From assembly GCA_964016885.1 (NCBI GenBank), contig OZ024741.1, positions 96,410,001 to 96,474,000 on the forward strand: a stretch of 64,000 bases of DNA, given 5' to 3'. Position 1 is the stretch's first letter. Each line of letters opens with the position of its first letter. The position numbers and the translations under genes are program-made. Below the pieces are notes generated by a model. It did no database searches and had not been told where the DNA came from. It saw only the letters and a list, made by a program, of their open reading frames with translations. This stretch comes from Eledone cirrhosa (Eukaryota). This document shows, in pieces, positions 13,576-27,147 of this stretch.

Positions 13576-13626
13576 AATTTCAGAAGATCCCGTTAAGGGT
13601 GAAAGCAGCGATTCTTTGCTTAAACT
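13576..13626 (+). ncRNA. Hammerhead variant (U4A core), inverted partner of 12576-12626
   Basis: CAGAAGA 13581-13587, GAAA 13601-13604, predicted CUU^ after 13621. Confidence 0.62.
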
Positions 13627-13642
13627 TTAATCTGTTATTTTA

Positions 13643-13674
<32 letters not shown>

Positions 13675-13678
<4 letters not shown>

Positions 13679-13860
13679 CGAAGGAAATGTGGTAAGGAAC
13701 CAGGTGGACCATAACGCACCAAAGTACTCAATACTTAGGGTAGTAGAGTGGGTAATAGGAACCAGTAAGACCCCGACGGCTGAGCTCAAGCCGTTTCGAC
13801 GGCTAATTCTGAATTAGCCGTCGAAACGGCTTGAGCTCAGCCGTGGGTGTCTTACTGGTT

Positions 13861-13922
<62 letters not shown>

Positions 13923-14116
13923 AACGAGTAGGACCCCAACGGCTGAGCTCAAGCCGTTTCGACGGCTAATTCTGGAGTCCAGAATTAGCCGTCGAAACGG
14001 CTTGAGCTCAGCCGTCGGGGTCCTACTCGTTCCTATTACCCACTCTACTACCCTAAGTATTGAGTACTTTGGTGCGTTATGGTCCACCTGGTTCCTTACT
14101 ACATTTCTTTCGTTAT
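13675..14116. mobile_element. Nested palindrome built from the 3' half of a hammerhead-bearing element terminus
   Basis: Outer IR 13675-13760/14030-14116; inner palindromes centred at 13810 and 13977; arms carry GAAA-CGGCU-UGAGCUC-AGCCG-UC^GGGGUC; family fragments also at 21950-22076, 38431-38545, 47006-47098 and 60663-60694. Confidence 0.88.
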
Positions 14117-14120
14117 ATAT

Positions 14121-14207
<87 letters not shown>

Positions 14208-14209
<2 letters not shown>

Positions 14210-14562
14210 GCGGCGATGAATTAGTTTACCGAGGTTTTTTATATGAAATCGTGTGTCGAACATAAAAAATGGCGTAGACATACAACACAACAGGAAGAAC
14301 AAAGAATATAACACCACTGACGATGTTGCAGATATGCAACGAAAGATTTATGTAAATTATGTAAACTATATATATGTGTTTATGTCTATATTGTATCTGT
14401 ATTATTTTTGACCGTCGGTCAGTCAATGGCAACATTGACCGAGTAAGTTAGATCGCAGATATAAAAGACAGCGAGAAGCGAAAACCAACCAAACAGTGAG
14501 TGTGTTCTGTTATTAACTCTGGCAATATTACGCAAATATAACCCTCCCCAAGTATAACAATA
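14208..14562. mobile_element. Dispersed (TA)n-embedded module homologous to 47408-47630, with an internal inversion
   Basis: 14233-14260 matches 47423-47450 in direct orientation; 14400-14562 matches 47455-47625 in reverse. Confidence 0.7.
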
Positions 14563-14564
14563 TA

Positions 14565-14689
<125 letters not shown>

Positions 14690-14713
14690 ATTACACACAC
14701 ACACATATATATA

Positions 14714-14860
14714 TATTTATTAAAATAACAGATTAAAGTTTAAGCAAAGAATCGGTGCTTACACCCTTATTTTAATAATATTTGCTCCACGGTTCTTATA
14801 TATTTGATATATATTTATCCTTATCGAGCCCTCTTTGGATTTTAGTCTTCAAATTTATTA

Positions 14861-14865
<5 letters not shown>
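14714..14865. mobile_element. Collapsed, inverted copy of the 12467-13650 family
   Basis: 14714-14768 matches 12553-12607 and breaks inside HHR stem II; 14770-14865 is the reverse complement of 12470-12565. Confidence 0.8.
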
Positions 14866-14918
<53 letters not shown>

Positions 14919-15519
14919 TGAGAAACACACGTTCTATTCGAAATGCTATTATTAAATAGAATTCATTCGCAGCGGAAAATGTGTGCAGTCTGCGGCTATT
15001 CCTGGCTTTGCTGCACCTTGTGCCGAGGAGGGTAAACTCTCCAAATATCGGTCGATGTCCGTCAGGTTTGCGTTAAATCCCGTAACAGTGGAGAATTCAT
15101 GTGTGCTTGGCCCTAGGGCCACCTCTCTACTCACCACCATCGGCCCAGAGTTGGCTACGGGGCCGCGGTGCGTCAAGCGCATCGGCCCCCATGTGATCAT
15201 AATAGTGAGAGATGGGAGTCTGTAATAGTTGGATTATGTTTTCTTTGTGTTCAGACATGGTGTATATTGTTATGTCACAGACGCACACTCAAGTTAAAAA
15301 TCAATGGATTCAAGACGGTATTAATACACGTATGATAATGTTATATATAGCATGAAATCAAGGAAAATCTTTTGTTTATTACGAAGGAAAGTGATGATAA
15401 TATAGACAGAATTAAAAGTAGACGTATAGAAAGTGAGTTGAGTTATTTCTTGGCTAACCTTAATTTTGATATTTGAAACAAAAAGGAGCTGTGAGAAAAT
15501 AAAGGTCAATAAGAAGGAT

Positions 15520-16165
15520 TTGGATAAGCCAGCCAGTGCAAATGTATTTCCGAAACTCTTGACGTTATCTGAAATAAGTCAGTCGTCACTGGTGTATTTC
15601 TTAACTTCGTGCCATTTTCTGGAACATGGCCGTCGTCACTGATGTATTAATAGTCTCTTGCCCTTATCTAGGACAAGCCAGTCTTCCCTAGTATATGTCA
15701 CCAGAGCAGTATTTCTTAATTCCTTGACGTTACCTGAGATAAGCCATCGGCCACTTGTGTATTTTTTTTATTTGTTGACAGTTCCTGGAATTACACCAGT
15801 AGTCACTGATGTAATTCTTAAATACTTGACTTTATCTGACATAAGCTAGTGTTTCTGAAATTCCCGAGGTTATCTAGGATAGATGTCATTAGTGTAATTA
15901 TTAATTTCTTACCTTACCTAGGATAAGCCAGTCTTCACTAGTGCATTACTTAACTTCCTCACGTTCTTTTGGATAAAACGGTTACTCGTTTATATTTTAA
16001 TTTCTTTCCGCTATACGGAATAAGGCAGTCATTACTAGTGGATTTCCCAAATGTTTGACGTTAGATGGAATAAGGCAGCCGTTCCTTGTGTCTTTCTTAA
16101 TTTGTTACCGTTATCTGGGATACGTCAGTTGTCACTAGTGTATTTCCGACCTTCTTATCTTTATC
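15520..16165. repeat. Diverged ~50 bp minisatellite, ~13 units
   Basis: Approximate consensus TTGACGTTATCTGGAATAAGCCAGTCGTCACTAGTGTATTTCTTAATTCC recurs with ~50 bp spacing. Confidence 0.8.
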
Positions 16166-16689
16166 CACCCTCTCGTACCCTGGCGTTAGCCTCTTTCAGA
16201 TGATAGTACTCTACGGCTAATTAGAAATTCCTTGGGTCAATCCTTAAATGTAAAATGTGTTTATATTCTATCCATCTTAAAGCAACCCTTTCGAGATATC
16301 TAGCTGCTTGTTCAACCATTCGATTCTTCAACCGTCCTTGAAAGCGAAATATTTCCGTGAAACTTTATTATAAATAACTGTCAAAATAGATCCTGATTGT
16401 TCTACTAGGGGAAGTCATTAAGTTAAAAAGCATAAAATATCGAAGGAAAATTTATATGTGGAACTAGATATGGATGAACCTCACAGGGTAACACATAAAT
16501 CGTCTAATCAATGCATATATTCACTGAAAGTGCTCTGCAAATAATTGCCAAAAAAAAAAAAAAGGACGTTGAGACTGTCACTAATGTCTATCTGTGAGAG
16601 ACTAAACGAGAGAGAAAGAGGACGGTGAAGACAGATTGTTAGTTTGTGTGTATTTACGCTGGTATGTGTCATGTATTTGCATATGTAAT

Positions 16690-16776
16690 ACAGACACACA
16701 CATATATGTATATGCATATATATATGTACACACACACACACACATATATATTTATATATATATATACACACACACA

Positions 16777-16845
<69 letters not shown>

Positions 16846-16850
16846 GTATA

Positions 16851-16881
<31 letters not shown>

Positions 16882-16882
16882 T

Positions 16883-16942
<60 letters not shown>

Positions 16943-17032
16943 TATATATATATGTATATACACATATATATATATATATGTATATACATATATATATATA
17001 TATATATATGTATATACACATATATATATATG

Positions 17033-17081
<49 letters not shown>

Positions 17082-17089
17082 GTATATAC

Positions 17090-17153
<64 letters not shown>

Positions 17154-17200
17154 GTGTGTATATATATATATATATGTACACACACACACACACACACATA

Positions 17201-17297
<97 letters not shown>

Positions 17298-17330
17298 ATA
17301 TATATATATATATATATACATATACATATT
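16690..17330. repeat. Very long compound (TA)n/(CA)n microsatellite
   Basis: ~640 bp of TA with CA/TG interruptions. Confidence 0.97.
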
Positions 17331-17552
17331 CTGATACGAAAAATGAGTGATTTTCTCCAACTATACATACACACTTGTATCCATTTATATATTCATAGAT
17401 TAACGGTTTAACACTGCCCATAACCATAAATGTGCATTCTAGCAACAGAAGATCTAATACAGAATAAGTCTGGATTCTCATTTCATGCAGTCATCGTCAT
17501 AGTTATTATCGTCTGCAACATCTCCATCGTTGTAAATGTCAACATAGTCATC

Positions 17553-18160
17553 CACAACCACCACCACCACCACAACCATCACCACCATCAACAACACTAT
17601 CACCACCACCATTAATACCACCACCACCACTAACACCACCACTACCACCATCACCACAATCACAACCACCACTAACACCACCATCACCATCACCTCCACC
17701 ACAATCACCACCACCCCTAACACCACCACCACCACCGCCAGCACCACTAACACCACCACCACCACCACCACCACCACCACCACTACCACTAACACCACCA
17801 CCACCACCACCGCCACCACCACCAACACCACCACCACTAACACCACCACCACCACCACCACCAACACCACTACCACCACCACCACCACCGCCACCGCCAC
17901 CACCACTAACACCACCACCACCAACACCACCACCACTAACACCACCACCACCACCACCACCACCACCACTACAAATACCTCTACAAACACCTCCGCAAAC
18001 TACCACCATCAGCCTCATCACCTTGCCATCACCACAATCACCACCATCTCCGCCATCACCAGCACCCCCGCCATCACAACCACCACTACCACCACAACCT
18101 TCACCATCCCCACCATCACCACCACCACCACTACCTTCACCACCACTACTACCGCCACCA
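17553..18160. repeat. (ACC)n-rich degenerate microsatellite
   Basis: ACC triplets with recurring ACTAAC variants. Confidence 0.92.
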
Positions 18161-18480
18161 GCTGCATCATCAACACAGTAACCATCATCTACATGTTCAT
18201 AATCATCATCATCATTATGATCATCACAGAGCAACATTAACAACAACAACACTGCTATATGTGAATGGCGGATCTCGTTCTGTAATTACGTTGGTTCCTT
18301 CATTTGCCGCAGGGCTAGATACTGAGAAATAGGAATGGTGATACGCATGGGGGACAGTGGCAGATAAATATGTAGTTATAGAGAGGGAGAGGTAGGGCGG
18401 AGGAGAGTGGGAGAATGAGGGGAGGAATAAAAAATAATACGTCATGGGGATTAAACTGGATAAATATATATATATAGGTT

Positions 18481-18542
<62 letters not shown>

Positions 18543-18849
18543 ATATGGGGGAGAGTGAGAGGGGAGATTGGGGGAGAGAGAGGGAGAGAGAGAGGAAGAG
18601 AGAGGGAGAGAGAGGGAGAGAGAAAGGAAGAGAAAGAGACACCGAGAGAAAAAGAGATATTTTGAGAGAGAAATAGATAGCCTTGCAGGTCGATGCAGGG
18701 AATGAGAGAGAGGGGGAGGGGTCAGAAACAGAATGAGACAGATCAACAGAGACAAATTGGTGTAAGGGTAGGTGCTGGGAGAGTGAGAGAGGAAGAAAGT
18801 GAGACAGAAGTAAAAAAAATAGAGAGATTAAGGGTGTGGAATAGGTAGG

Positions 18850-18934
<85 letters not shown>

Positions 18935-19764
18935 GGAGAGAGAAAGAGAGAAATGGAGAGTGAGGAGAGAGTAGAAGGGTGTGAATAAGGGAGAGAGAGA
19001 GAAGAGAGATATCAGGGAAGAGAAGTAGAGAAGCGGGACAAGAAAGCCTATCTCCATCAGAACAGAAACAAAAAAATAAAGCGAACGAATACATTAAGAG
19101 AAGAGGAAAATTCACTATGAATAAAATTAGAAGACATAAACAGAAACGAACACTAACGTAGGCCAACTCCATATGCACTAATCCTCACAAACAGTCCACA
19201 ATCTATCATTTCTATATATGTGATGGTACTGGAGGTTGGAGGAAGGTAACGTTAAGTGTATGATCTCGCACATCTACGCACATCTACGCATATCATCCAA
19301 AACATATTATATGAAGGAAACTATAAGTGAAGCACAAAAATATAATAAAGCGAAGGAAACATTTTAAGAATGAAAACCGGACTGGCAACAAGGAAGGAGG
19401 TTTGTATAAATTTCATATCTCATTGTCAACGAAAATTCGTTGTTGACCTATAACAAAATATAACAACATATGTAAAAAGAACAGTTCCATGACAAATGAC
19501 CAAGAGTTTTGCACCTATACAGCTACCTTCTGAAGCAGAAGACCGGGTAAGATGTTTTTTTCTGGAAAACCAGCAGCGGCTCATGTATATCAGTCACCCC
19601 TCTCCACGCCACCGACGTTGTTCAAGGTTAAGTCAAATGCCAATACAGTTTTGCACCAGAGACGTCCTAATTAAGTGATTTCTAGATGTTAGTGAACTGG
19701 AGCAACATGAAATAAAGTGTCTAGTTCAAGGAACCAGCGCACCCCCCCGTCGGTATATATATAT

Positions 19765-20530
19765 ATACAAATTTTAGTACATCACTAACGAAGCTTTAAG
19801 CTGCGGCTAAGCAAGCTAACGAATGCAAATTCGGAATGTAGCTTTAGCACTCGATAGAGAATAATACCCCAGAGCAATAACAATACGTTCAGACAGCTTT
19901 GCAAATCAAGTGTAGCGATCGGCAGTCCAGCCGCATTGCCATAGCAACGAAAATGGTTGGATTCAGGAAAAGATTTTAGACTGACCTGGACCATCACGCG
20001 GAGACCGAATGCAATATATAATGCATATCGTATAGCATAAGTTATACATCACATACAACATACAACATCCACGCTAGGTTTCTGTAAATCCGAGATCGAC
20101 TAATTCCGCTTGCAGGGGCCTTCAAGTTAATGGCCTTTGACGACAGAACAAAGGTTTTACTTCTTCAACAAGTCTTGCGTTCTTTAGCCTCAGCGGGTGT
20201 GTTCTAGCAGTAAATTTCGCTATAGACACGTGGTTTTCTCCAAGGGAGGTAAGCCCTGTTTTGGCGGTAAATTCGAAATTTGAGACAAAGGAATGAAATT
20301 CCCTTAGACAAACCGAATTAAGCACTCAACCAGAAGTTATCAAACAAATATAAACAATTAATCAATCAATAGAATTGTCTAATTAAATTAATCAGTTAAT
20401 CGTTAATTCTAGGAGTTAAAATACAAATTTTAGTACAGTATTAACGAAGCTTTAGGCTGCGGCTAAGCTAACCAATGCAAATTCGGAATGTAGCTTTAGC
20501 ACTCGATAGAGAATAATACCCCAGAAAAAT

Positions 20531-20536
<6 letters not shown>
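19765..20536. mobile_element. Non-coding module with ~115 bp direct terminal repeats (period ~656 bp) in (TA)n
   Basis: 19765-19885 matches 20421-20536 (ATACAAATTTTAGTACA...GAGAATAATACCCCAGA); weak HHR-like remnant on the minus strand at 20070-20170. Confidence 0.7.
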
Positions 20537-20608
<72 letters not shown>

Positions 20609-20869
20609 ATATATGTATATATTTTTATATATGTGTGTGTATATGTATATATGTATGTGTATGTATATATCTGTATATATATGTATATGTATCTATGTGT
20701 ATTTGTGTATGTATATTTGTATATGTATACACATGTATATTTGTGTTTGTATGTATGTGTGTGAGTGTATTTATATGTGTATATATGTGTGTGTGTGTGT
20801 GTATATATATGTATGTATGTGCGTGTGTATGTATGTGTATGTGTGTGTGTATATATATATATGTGTATA

Positions 20870-20932
<63 letters not shown>

Positions 20933-21524
20933 ATGTATGTATGTGTGTATGTATGTGTATGTATATGAATATATTTATATATATATGTGTGTGTGTTTTT
21001 ATGTGTGTATATGTGTATGTGTATGTGTGTTTATGGTTGTGCGTGAGTGTGTGGGTGAGTATGTTTTTTTGTGATGTGTCTGTTGATTTTTGGCATATAG
21101 TTGATTAGTTTAAGAGAAGTTCGAAGATAATTGTAAGATATGCACTCAGTAGTTTGAATCTGTCTACAGAATTCTCTAAACCTTTGTCACTTAGTAGAAC
21201 CTTAATGATTTTAGCTTTTAAAGAATCTCCCTTTTCTTTAATTCTATCGACCATGACTGACCCCCCACTGATCTTATAGACATCTGTTAGCTTAAGAGAA
21301 ACTTAATGACAAGGAATGGTATGCCATCCAGAACCTGTTTATAGAATTCTGTCTGCCTTTGTTACTCTAAAAACATAAATAAATAAAAATAAACTATAGC
21401 TTTGTAGAATTAGCTTTTAATGAATTCCCTTTTCTATCAACCAATGACCTACACCCATCCCACTCCCCACCCTCTCCTACCACTTGTAGAGACCTATAAA
21501 TACCATTTTTATTTTTTGATACCC

Positions 21525-21575
21525 AGATTCCTGATGATTTCTAATGAATGAAACAGTTCTAGTCCTGTAGAATCT
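21525..21575 (+). ncRNA. Type I hammerhead ribozyme
   Basis: Stem I AGAUUC/GAAUCU; CUGAUGA 21531-21537; stem II U-UUC-UAAU-GAA-U; GAAA 21550-21553; stem III ACAG/CUGU; GUA^ after 21569; (TA)n follows ~15 nt later. Confidence 0.85.
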
Positions 21576-21590
21576 CATCTATATTAAAAC

Positions 21591-21624
<34 letters not shown>

Positions 21625-21868
21625 GGTTGGAGAACGGGATCGAAAATCGTGAGGTCGTGATTTCGATTCCCAGACCGGGTGATGCGTTGTGTCCTTGAGC
21701 AAGACACTTTATTTCACGTTGCTTCTTCTTCCTGGATTAGCGACCGATAGATAGTATTAGCATTGGAAAGACCAATGGAAACATTGTGTTCTCGGTCCAA
21801 TTTGATGAGCTCCATCCCACCCACTCGTGAAGCAAATGAGGTCTGGGATCTTGCCGATCGATTGTCGA
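21625..21868 (+). mobile_element. tRNA-derived CORE-type SINE
   Basis: B-box-like TTTCGATTCCC followed by CORE-like TTGTGTCCTTGAGCAAGACACTTTATTTCAC. Confidence 0.6.
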
Positions 21869-21920
21869 TACACACACACACGCATATATATATATAGATA
21901 GATACACACACACACACACA

Positions 21921-21949
<29 letters not shown>

Positions 21950-21951
<2 letters not shown>

Positions 21952-22076
21952 GGAAAAAGTATGACCTCCGACGACAGAGCTCAAGCCGTTTCGACGGCTA
22001 TTTCTGGACTACCCTAAGTATTGAGTACTCTGGTGCGTTATGGTCCATCTGGTTCCTTACCACAATTACTTTGTTA
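21950..22076. mobile_element. Collapsed copy of the 13675-14116 family
   Basis: GAGCTCAAGCCGTTTCGACGGCTA joined to CTACCCTAAGTATTGAGTAC...GGTTCCTTACCACA; flanked by (TA)n. Confidence 0.8.
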
Positions 22077-22082
22077 TATATG

Positions 22083-22139
<57 letters not shown>

Positions 22140-22141
<2 letters not shown>

Positions 22142-22215
22142 AGATCAAAAGATGGTTAAAGGAGTTCCATATATTTTATTATGCGCATTTCAAAAACAAA
22201 CATCATCAGTGACTG
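22140..22215 (-). mobile_element. 3'-terminal fragment of the Naiad-type PLE family, including the HHR 3' half
   Basis: Reverse complement TTTGTTTTTGAAATGCGCATAATAAAATATATGGAACTC matches 33418-33458. Confidence 0.75.
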
Positions 22216-22472
22216 GGGATTCCTTTCTTCGTTTCTGTGCCTTTTCTTTCTTCTATCCTACGCCATTTTGTTTCTAAGAGGTCACAGAGTGTGTGACGAA
22301 AGGACTATGACTATATATATAAACAACTATCTGGTTGTGGAACCAACCAACCAACCAGAAATTTATAAGTTTGTAGATTTGTAAATTTATAAATTTATAA
22401 ATATATAATAAATTGAAGTGAAAGAAACTGGTGCGTGTGTTTCTTATTGGCAACATGACCCTCCCAAAGTAT

Positions 22473-23235
<763 letters not shown>

Positions 23236-23353
23236 TATATATAAATTAAATATATATATATATATATATATATTAAATATATATATATATATTAAATATA
23301 TATATATATATATTAAAATATAAATATTAATAAAATAGATGTTCTTTTGATCA

Positions 23354-23416
23354 ATTACATTTTCTTATACATATTTCGGATGTAGAACAGTACGTCCTCA
23401 TCAGACAAAATATAAT
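23354..23416 (-). ncRNA. Type I hammerhead (inverted partner of 23866-23928)
   Basis: CUGAUGA-GGACGUAC-UGUU-CUACAUCC-GAAA-U-AUGU-A-UA^. Confidence 0.8.
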
Positions 23417-23865
23417 GATACATGACATACCCTGAGATGTTAAATGGTTAAGATTTAATCAAGGTAGTGATTAACCCAAGTGAAAATTTTACATATATAG
23501 CCTAATTATGAGAAAATGCGAAAACGTAATAAATTCATTAGAGAATGTGTGAGTAAGAAAAAACGTTGCTTACTGTAACTGTTCTAGAGGCTTTAAAATG
23601 TATGATACTACGATATTTTTAGGAAAACGTCTCATGAATCATAACAGCCAGTGATAGAGGGAAATATATCGTAGTATCAAACATTTTAAAGCCTCTAGAA
23701 CAGTTACAGTAAGCAAGATTTTTTCTTACTCACACATTCTCTAATGAATTTATTACGTTTTCACATTTTCTCATAATTAGGCTATATATGTAAAATGTTC
23801 TCTTGGGTTAATCATTACCTTGATTAAATCTTAACCATTTAACATCTCAGGGTATGTCATGTATC

Positions 23866-23928
23866 ATTATATTTTGTCTGATGAGGACGTACTGTTGTAC
23901 ATCCGAAATATGTATAATAAAATGTAAT
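23866..23928 (+). ncRNA. Type I hammerhead ribozyme
   Basis: 12 bp stem I AUUAUAUUUUGU/AUAAAAUGUAAU; CUGAUGA 23878-23884; stem II GGACGUAC/GUACAUCC; GAAA 23905-23908; AUA^ after 23916. Confidence 0.88.
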
Positions 23929-24087
23929 TGATCAAAAGAACATCTATTTTATTAATATTTATATTTTAATATTAATAACTCCGGGAAAGTATTTTTACCG
24001 TAGAGTGCTTCCAATCTACTGTAAAACTCATTCTTTGACATAATCATTGAATATTGTTTAACACTTTAATATATATATATATATATA

Positions 24088-24180
<93 letters not shown>

Positions 24181-24267
24181 AGGCTATATATGTAAAATTT
24201 TCTTTTGGGTTAATCACTACCTTGATTAAATCTTAACCATTTAACATCTCAGGGTATGTCATGTATC

Positions 24268-24328
24268 ATTATATTTTGTCTAATGAGGACGTACTGTTGT
24301 ACATCCGAAATATGTATAATAAAATGTA
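24268..24328 (+). ncRNA. Hammerhead copy with G5A core mutation (probably inactive)
   Basis: CUAAUGA at 24280-24286, otherwise identical to the 23866 copy. Confidence 0.75.
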
Positions 24329-25589
24329 TATATATGTATATAAATTTTTTGTATATGAGTGTGGGGGCCAGTATTTCACAACACAGTTTGCGATGGCATT
24401 GACGCTCAATTAACCCTACGCTCTGTCAGTCGACTGTGACGTAACTATGCACAGATAAACTATTTCCATGATATCTAATATAGTAAGTTATCCCAGACTG
24501 GTCAGAAGTTTTGGCAAGAATCGACGCCACGAACTGCTTATACATGATAAATATTGCTTTTAGATACACTACATAGGAATATAGTAATATAACCCAAAAT
24601 TTGGGTTGAACGATTATGGCTTTTGTATCAGTTGGCAATAAATATATTTAAAACAATTTTTTTACATTTTCATAGCCAATTGGCACGTAATTCTTTCTTC
24701 TATGTACGAATGTTTGCATTTTTTATTGTTATATAATTATTCTGATATAGGCGTAGTTAGTTTAATGCAAAAGTAACAAAGACCCATCGCTGGAATTTTG
24801 ATAACAGCAACAGAGAAAACTTCATCTGTGTAACCCTGCAGAACTATTAACAAGTATTACATAAATTTAATGTTCAGCTTAAAACATTTTTAAAGTTTGA
24901 ATTAGCTGATTCTCTCTGTGTCATCAACTTCTCATATTTATATGTAGTATATACGTTACATTCTTGTACAATAAACATACATAAGTCACCCTATGAACAC
25001 TATAAACTGTGATCATATATTAGTAGTCACGTGAGAAAGCCATACACATGTTTTGGGATTTTATTCATCATTGGTGACGTTGATAACTAAATACTAAGAC
25101 AAAAATAAGCTAGAGCATAGAAGCTTTTTGCCTATAAAATATGTGTTGGAGATTCGCTTTTGCATGTAGCACGAGTTTGACAGATTAGGATTGCTCAGCT
25201 GTAACATAACGATAGCGTGATTCATAACAGAGGTTACACGAAGACAAATATTTATTGCCTGCCCGATATTAAACATTTCATAATATAACTCACATTAGTT
25301 GCGGAGTAGTATTAGTTTAGCCCTTAGCTAATTACCATCACCAAAGTAAGTAATTTAATTATATAATTCTAATAATTATTATACGTCATGATCTGCAAAT
25401 GAGAGAAAAAGAAACTAATTTACTCTACCAACATTTGAATCTTCATCCTAAACTTTACTTTGAAGATTAATACAAATGATGAGGGGAAAAACTGTTTAGT
25501 AAATAAAATAGAGAAACTATTTTTAACAGGATTTGAACCCTCCCCCTCTGTATTACATTGAAGAATAAATATTTGTTTCTACTCCAATA

Positions 25590-25810
25590 ATGGTTTCTGA
25601 TTTAGACACATGGCCAATAATTATTTGGGTGGGTGGGTGAGTCGAATAAATCGACCCCAGTGCTTTACCGGTATTTTACTTTATCGACCACGTAAGGTTG
25701 AAAGGCAAAGCTAACCTCGGCAGGTTTTGAACTCAGAAAGTAAAAGGCAGCAATTCTATGCCATAAACCAAACTGTCCGACGCTCTACCGATATTGCCAA
25801 TCTGCTGTCT
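25590..25810 (-). mobile_element. Deu/Nin-type SINE copy (diverged)
   Basis: TTTATCGACCACGTAAGGTTGAAAGGCAAAGCTAACCTCGGC...TTTGAACTC...GCCAATCTGC is the reverse complement of the 3269 family. Confidence 0.8.
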
Positions 25811-27075
25811 TTATCGCTATCCCAATAAAAAAATAAGTATTATACGAGATGTAGCAGTAAGTGTAGGTGAATTATACAAGAATACATAGAATCTCATAAA
25901 AAACTAGGGAACGATAAAAGAAAACAAAAATGGAATTTAGAAAGAAAGCATAGACGAATCTTTATTTATGATGCGTCGGGTAAGGAGCTACACTATCATA
26001 TAAACTAAGAAGTATTGGGGTTATATTTTGTCCATTGTTCCATCAATCTTACGTTCTAATAACAACAAGCAGTTCGATTTGATTACTGCCAATGCTTTCG
26101 GCATCAGTTATAGTCAGAGTAAATTTAAATACAGGGATTTAGAAGAATATTAGGGGTTAGCTAATATTATGTTTTGACCACACAAAGCAAGAAAGAGAAC
26201 GTGCAATATGTTTTACTATTATGCTTTATCACCTGCTAGCTCTGTAGCAAGTAAATTGACATATTGACCTATTCATAGAAATGGTGCTGTGAAATAATAA
26301 TAGAACAGCATTTCAATCCTCACATTGCCAATGAGAGAGTCTTGAGATGGTAACATAACAATAAAGGGAATTTATATATCAAATATTTGAATGTAGAATA
26401 CTTTCTTTTCCAATATAAATACCATAAAAAAACAACATTATGATGACGGAGTGAATTTTTATCCCAACTATATGACTTCCCTGCACACTTTCTAGGAATA
26501 TACTCAGCAGCAACACAGCCATTTCAATAGTAACAACCAACAATAACTAGCACGTTTATCGTTAATATCTAAATGCTATGAATAACTCATCACCAACACC
26601 TATTATCAGTAGAAGCTACAACATGAAAACAGCTGCAACAGAGAACAGAAACTACTCAAATACAAATATCAGCAAGGAGAATCAATGCAGCCACTAATAC
26701 AACAGCAGTAGCAAAGTAACGATCAGAATCGCCTGCCTCGACACTATCTGCTCTGCTCATACCCTAATTGTCGCTGTAATCATAGGTTTTAGGCATAGCT
26801 AGAAACAGTGTCCTTCCGATATTTACGGATCAATATCTACAAAAATAAACCCCCCAACAACGTCGTGATTATCAACGGCAAAAACTATATGAAATCAACA
26901 ACAACACAGGAGCAACAGTTACAGCAAGACAAATTATGCTAAAACTTCCCCTCTCCTAATCACCAATAACCTTCAGCCTGTTGCACACGCGTGGTGTAGC
27001 TTCCCATACATTATTTTGTCCGAGAAGGAATGCAGAATGGAGGGGAGAAAGAGAGGCGTGACGTAGAAAAAGAGG

Positions 27076-27147
<72 letters not shown>

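Larger units (their letters stand above)
12467..13650. mobile_element. Inverted-repeat module (arms ~12553-12909 and ~13290-13650) with CAGAAGA-variant hammerheads
   Basis: Arms are reverse complements with few mismatches and are flanked by (TA)n; collapsed relatives at 14714-14865 and 30433-30540. Confidence 0.85.
23318..24330. mobile_element. PLE pLTR-like module: palindrome (arms ~23318-23615 and ~23667-23970) plus a tandem partial copy at 24175-24330
   Basis: Arms are near-identical reverse complements; three hammerhead copies. Confidence 0.88.

Noticed and set aside
14960-15225. GC-richer island with ~80 aa ORFs on both strands
   Set aside because: No recognisable motif, splice structure or RNA family; needs a database search.
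22266-22330. CTAAGA-G-GTCAC/GTGAC-GAAA hammerhead-like motif
   Set aside because: The core has a deletion and stem III is unconvincing; not counted as a ribozyme.
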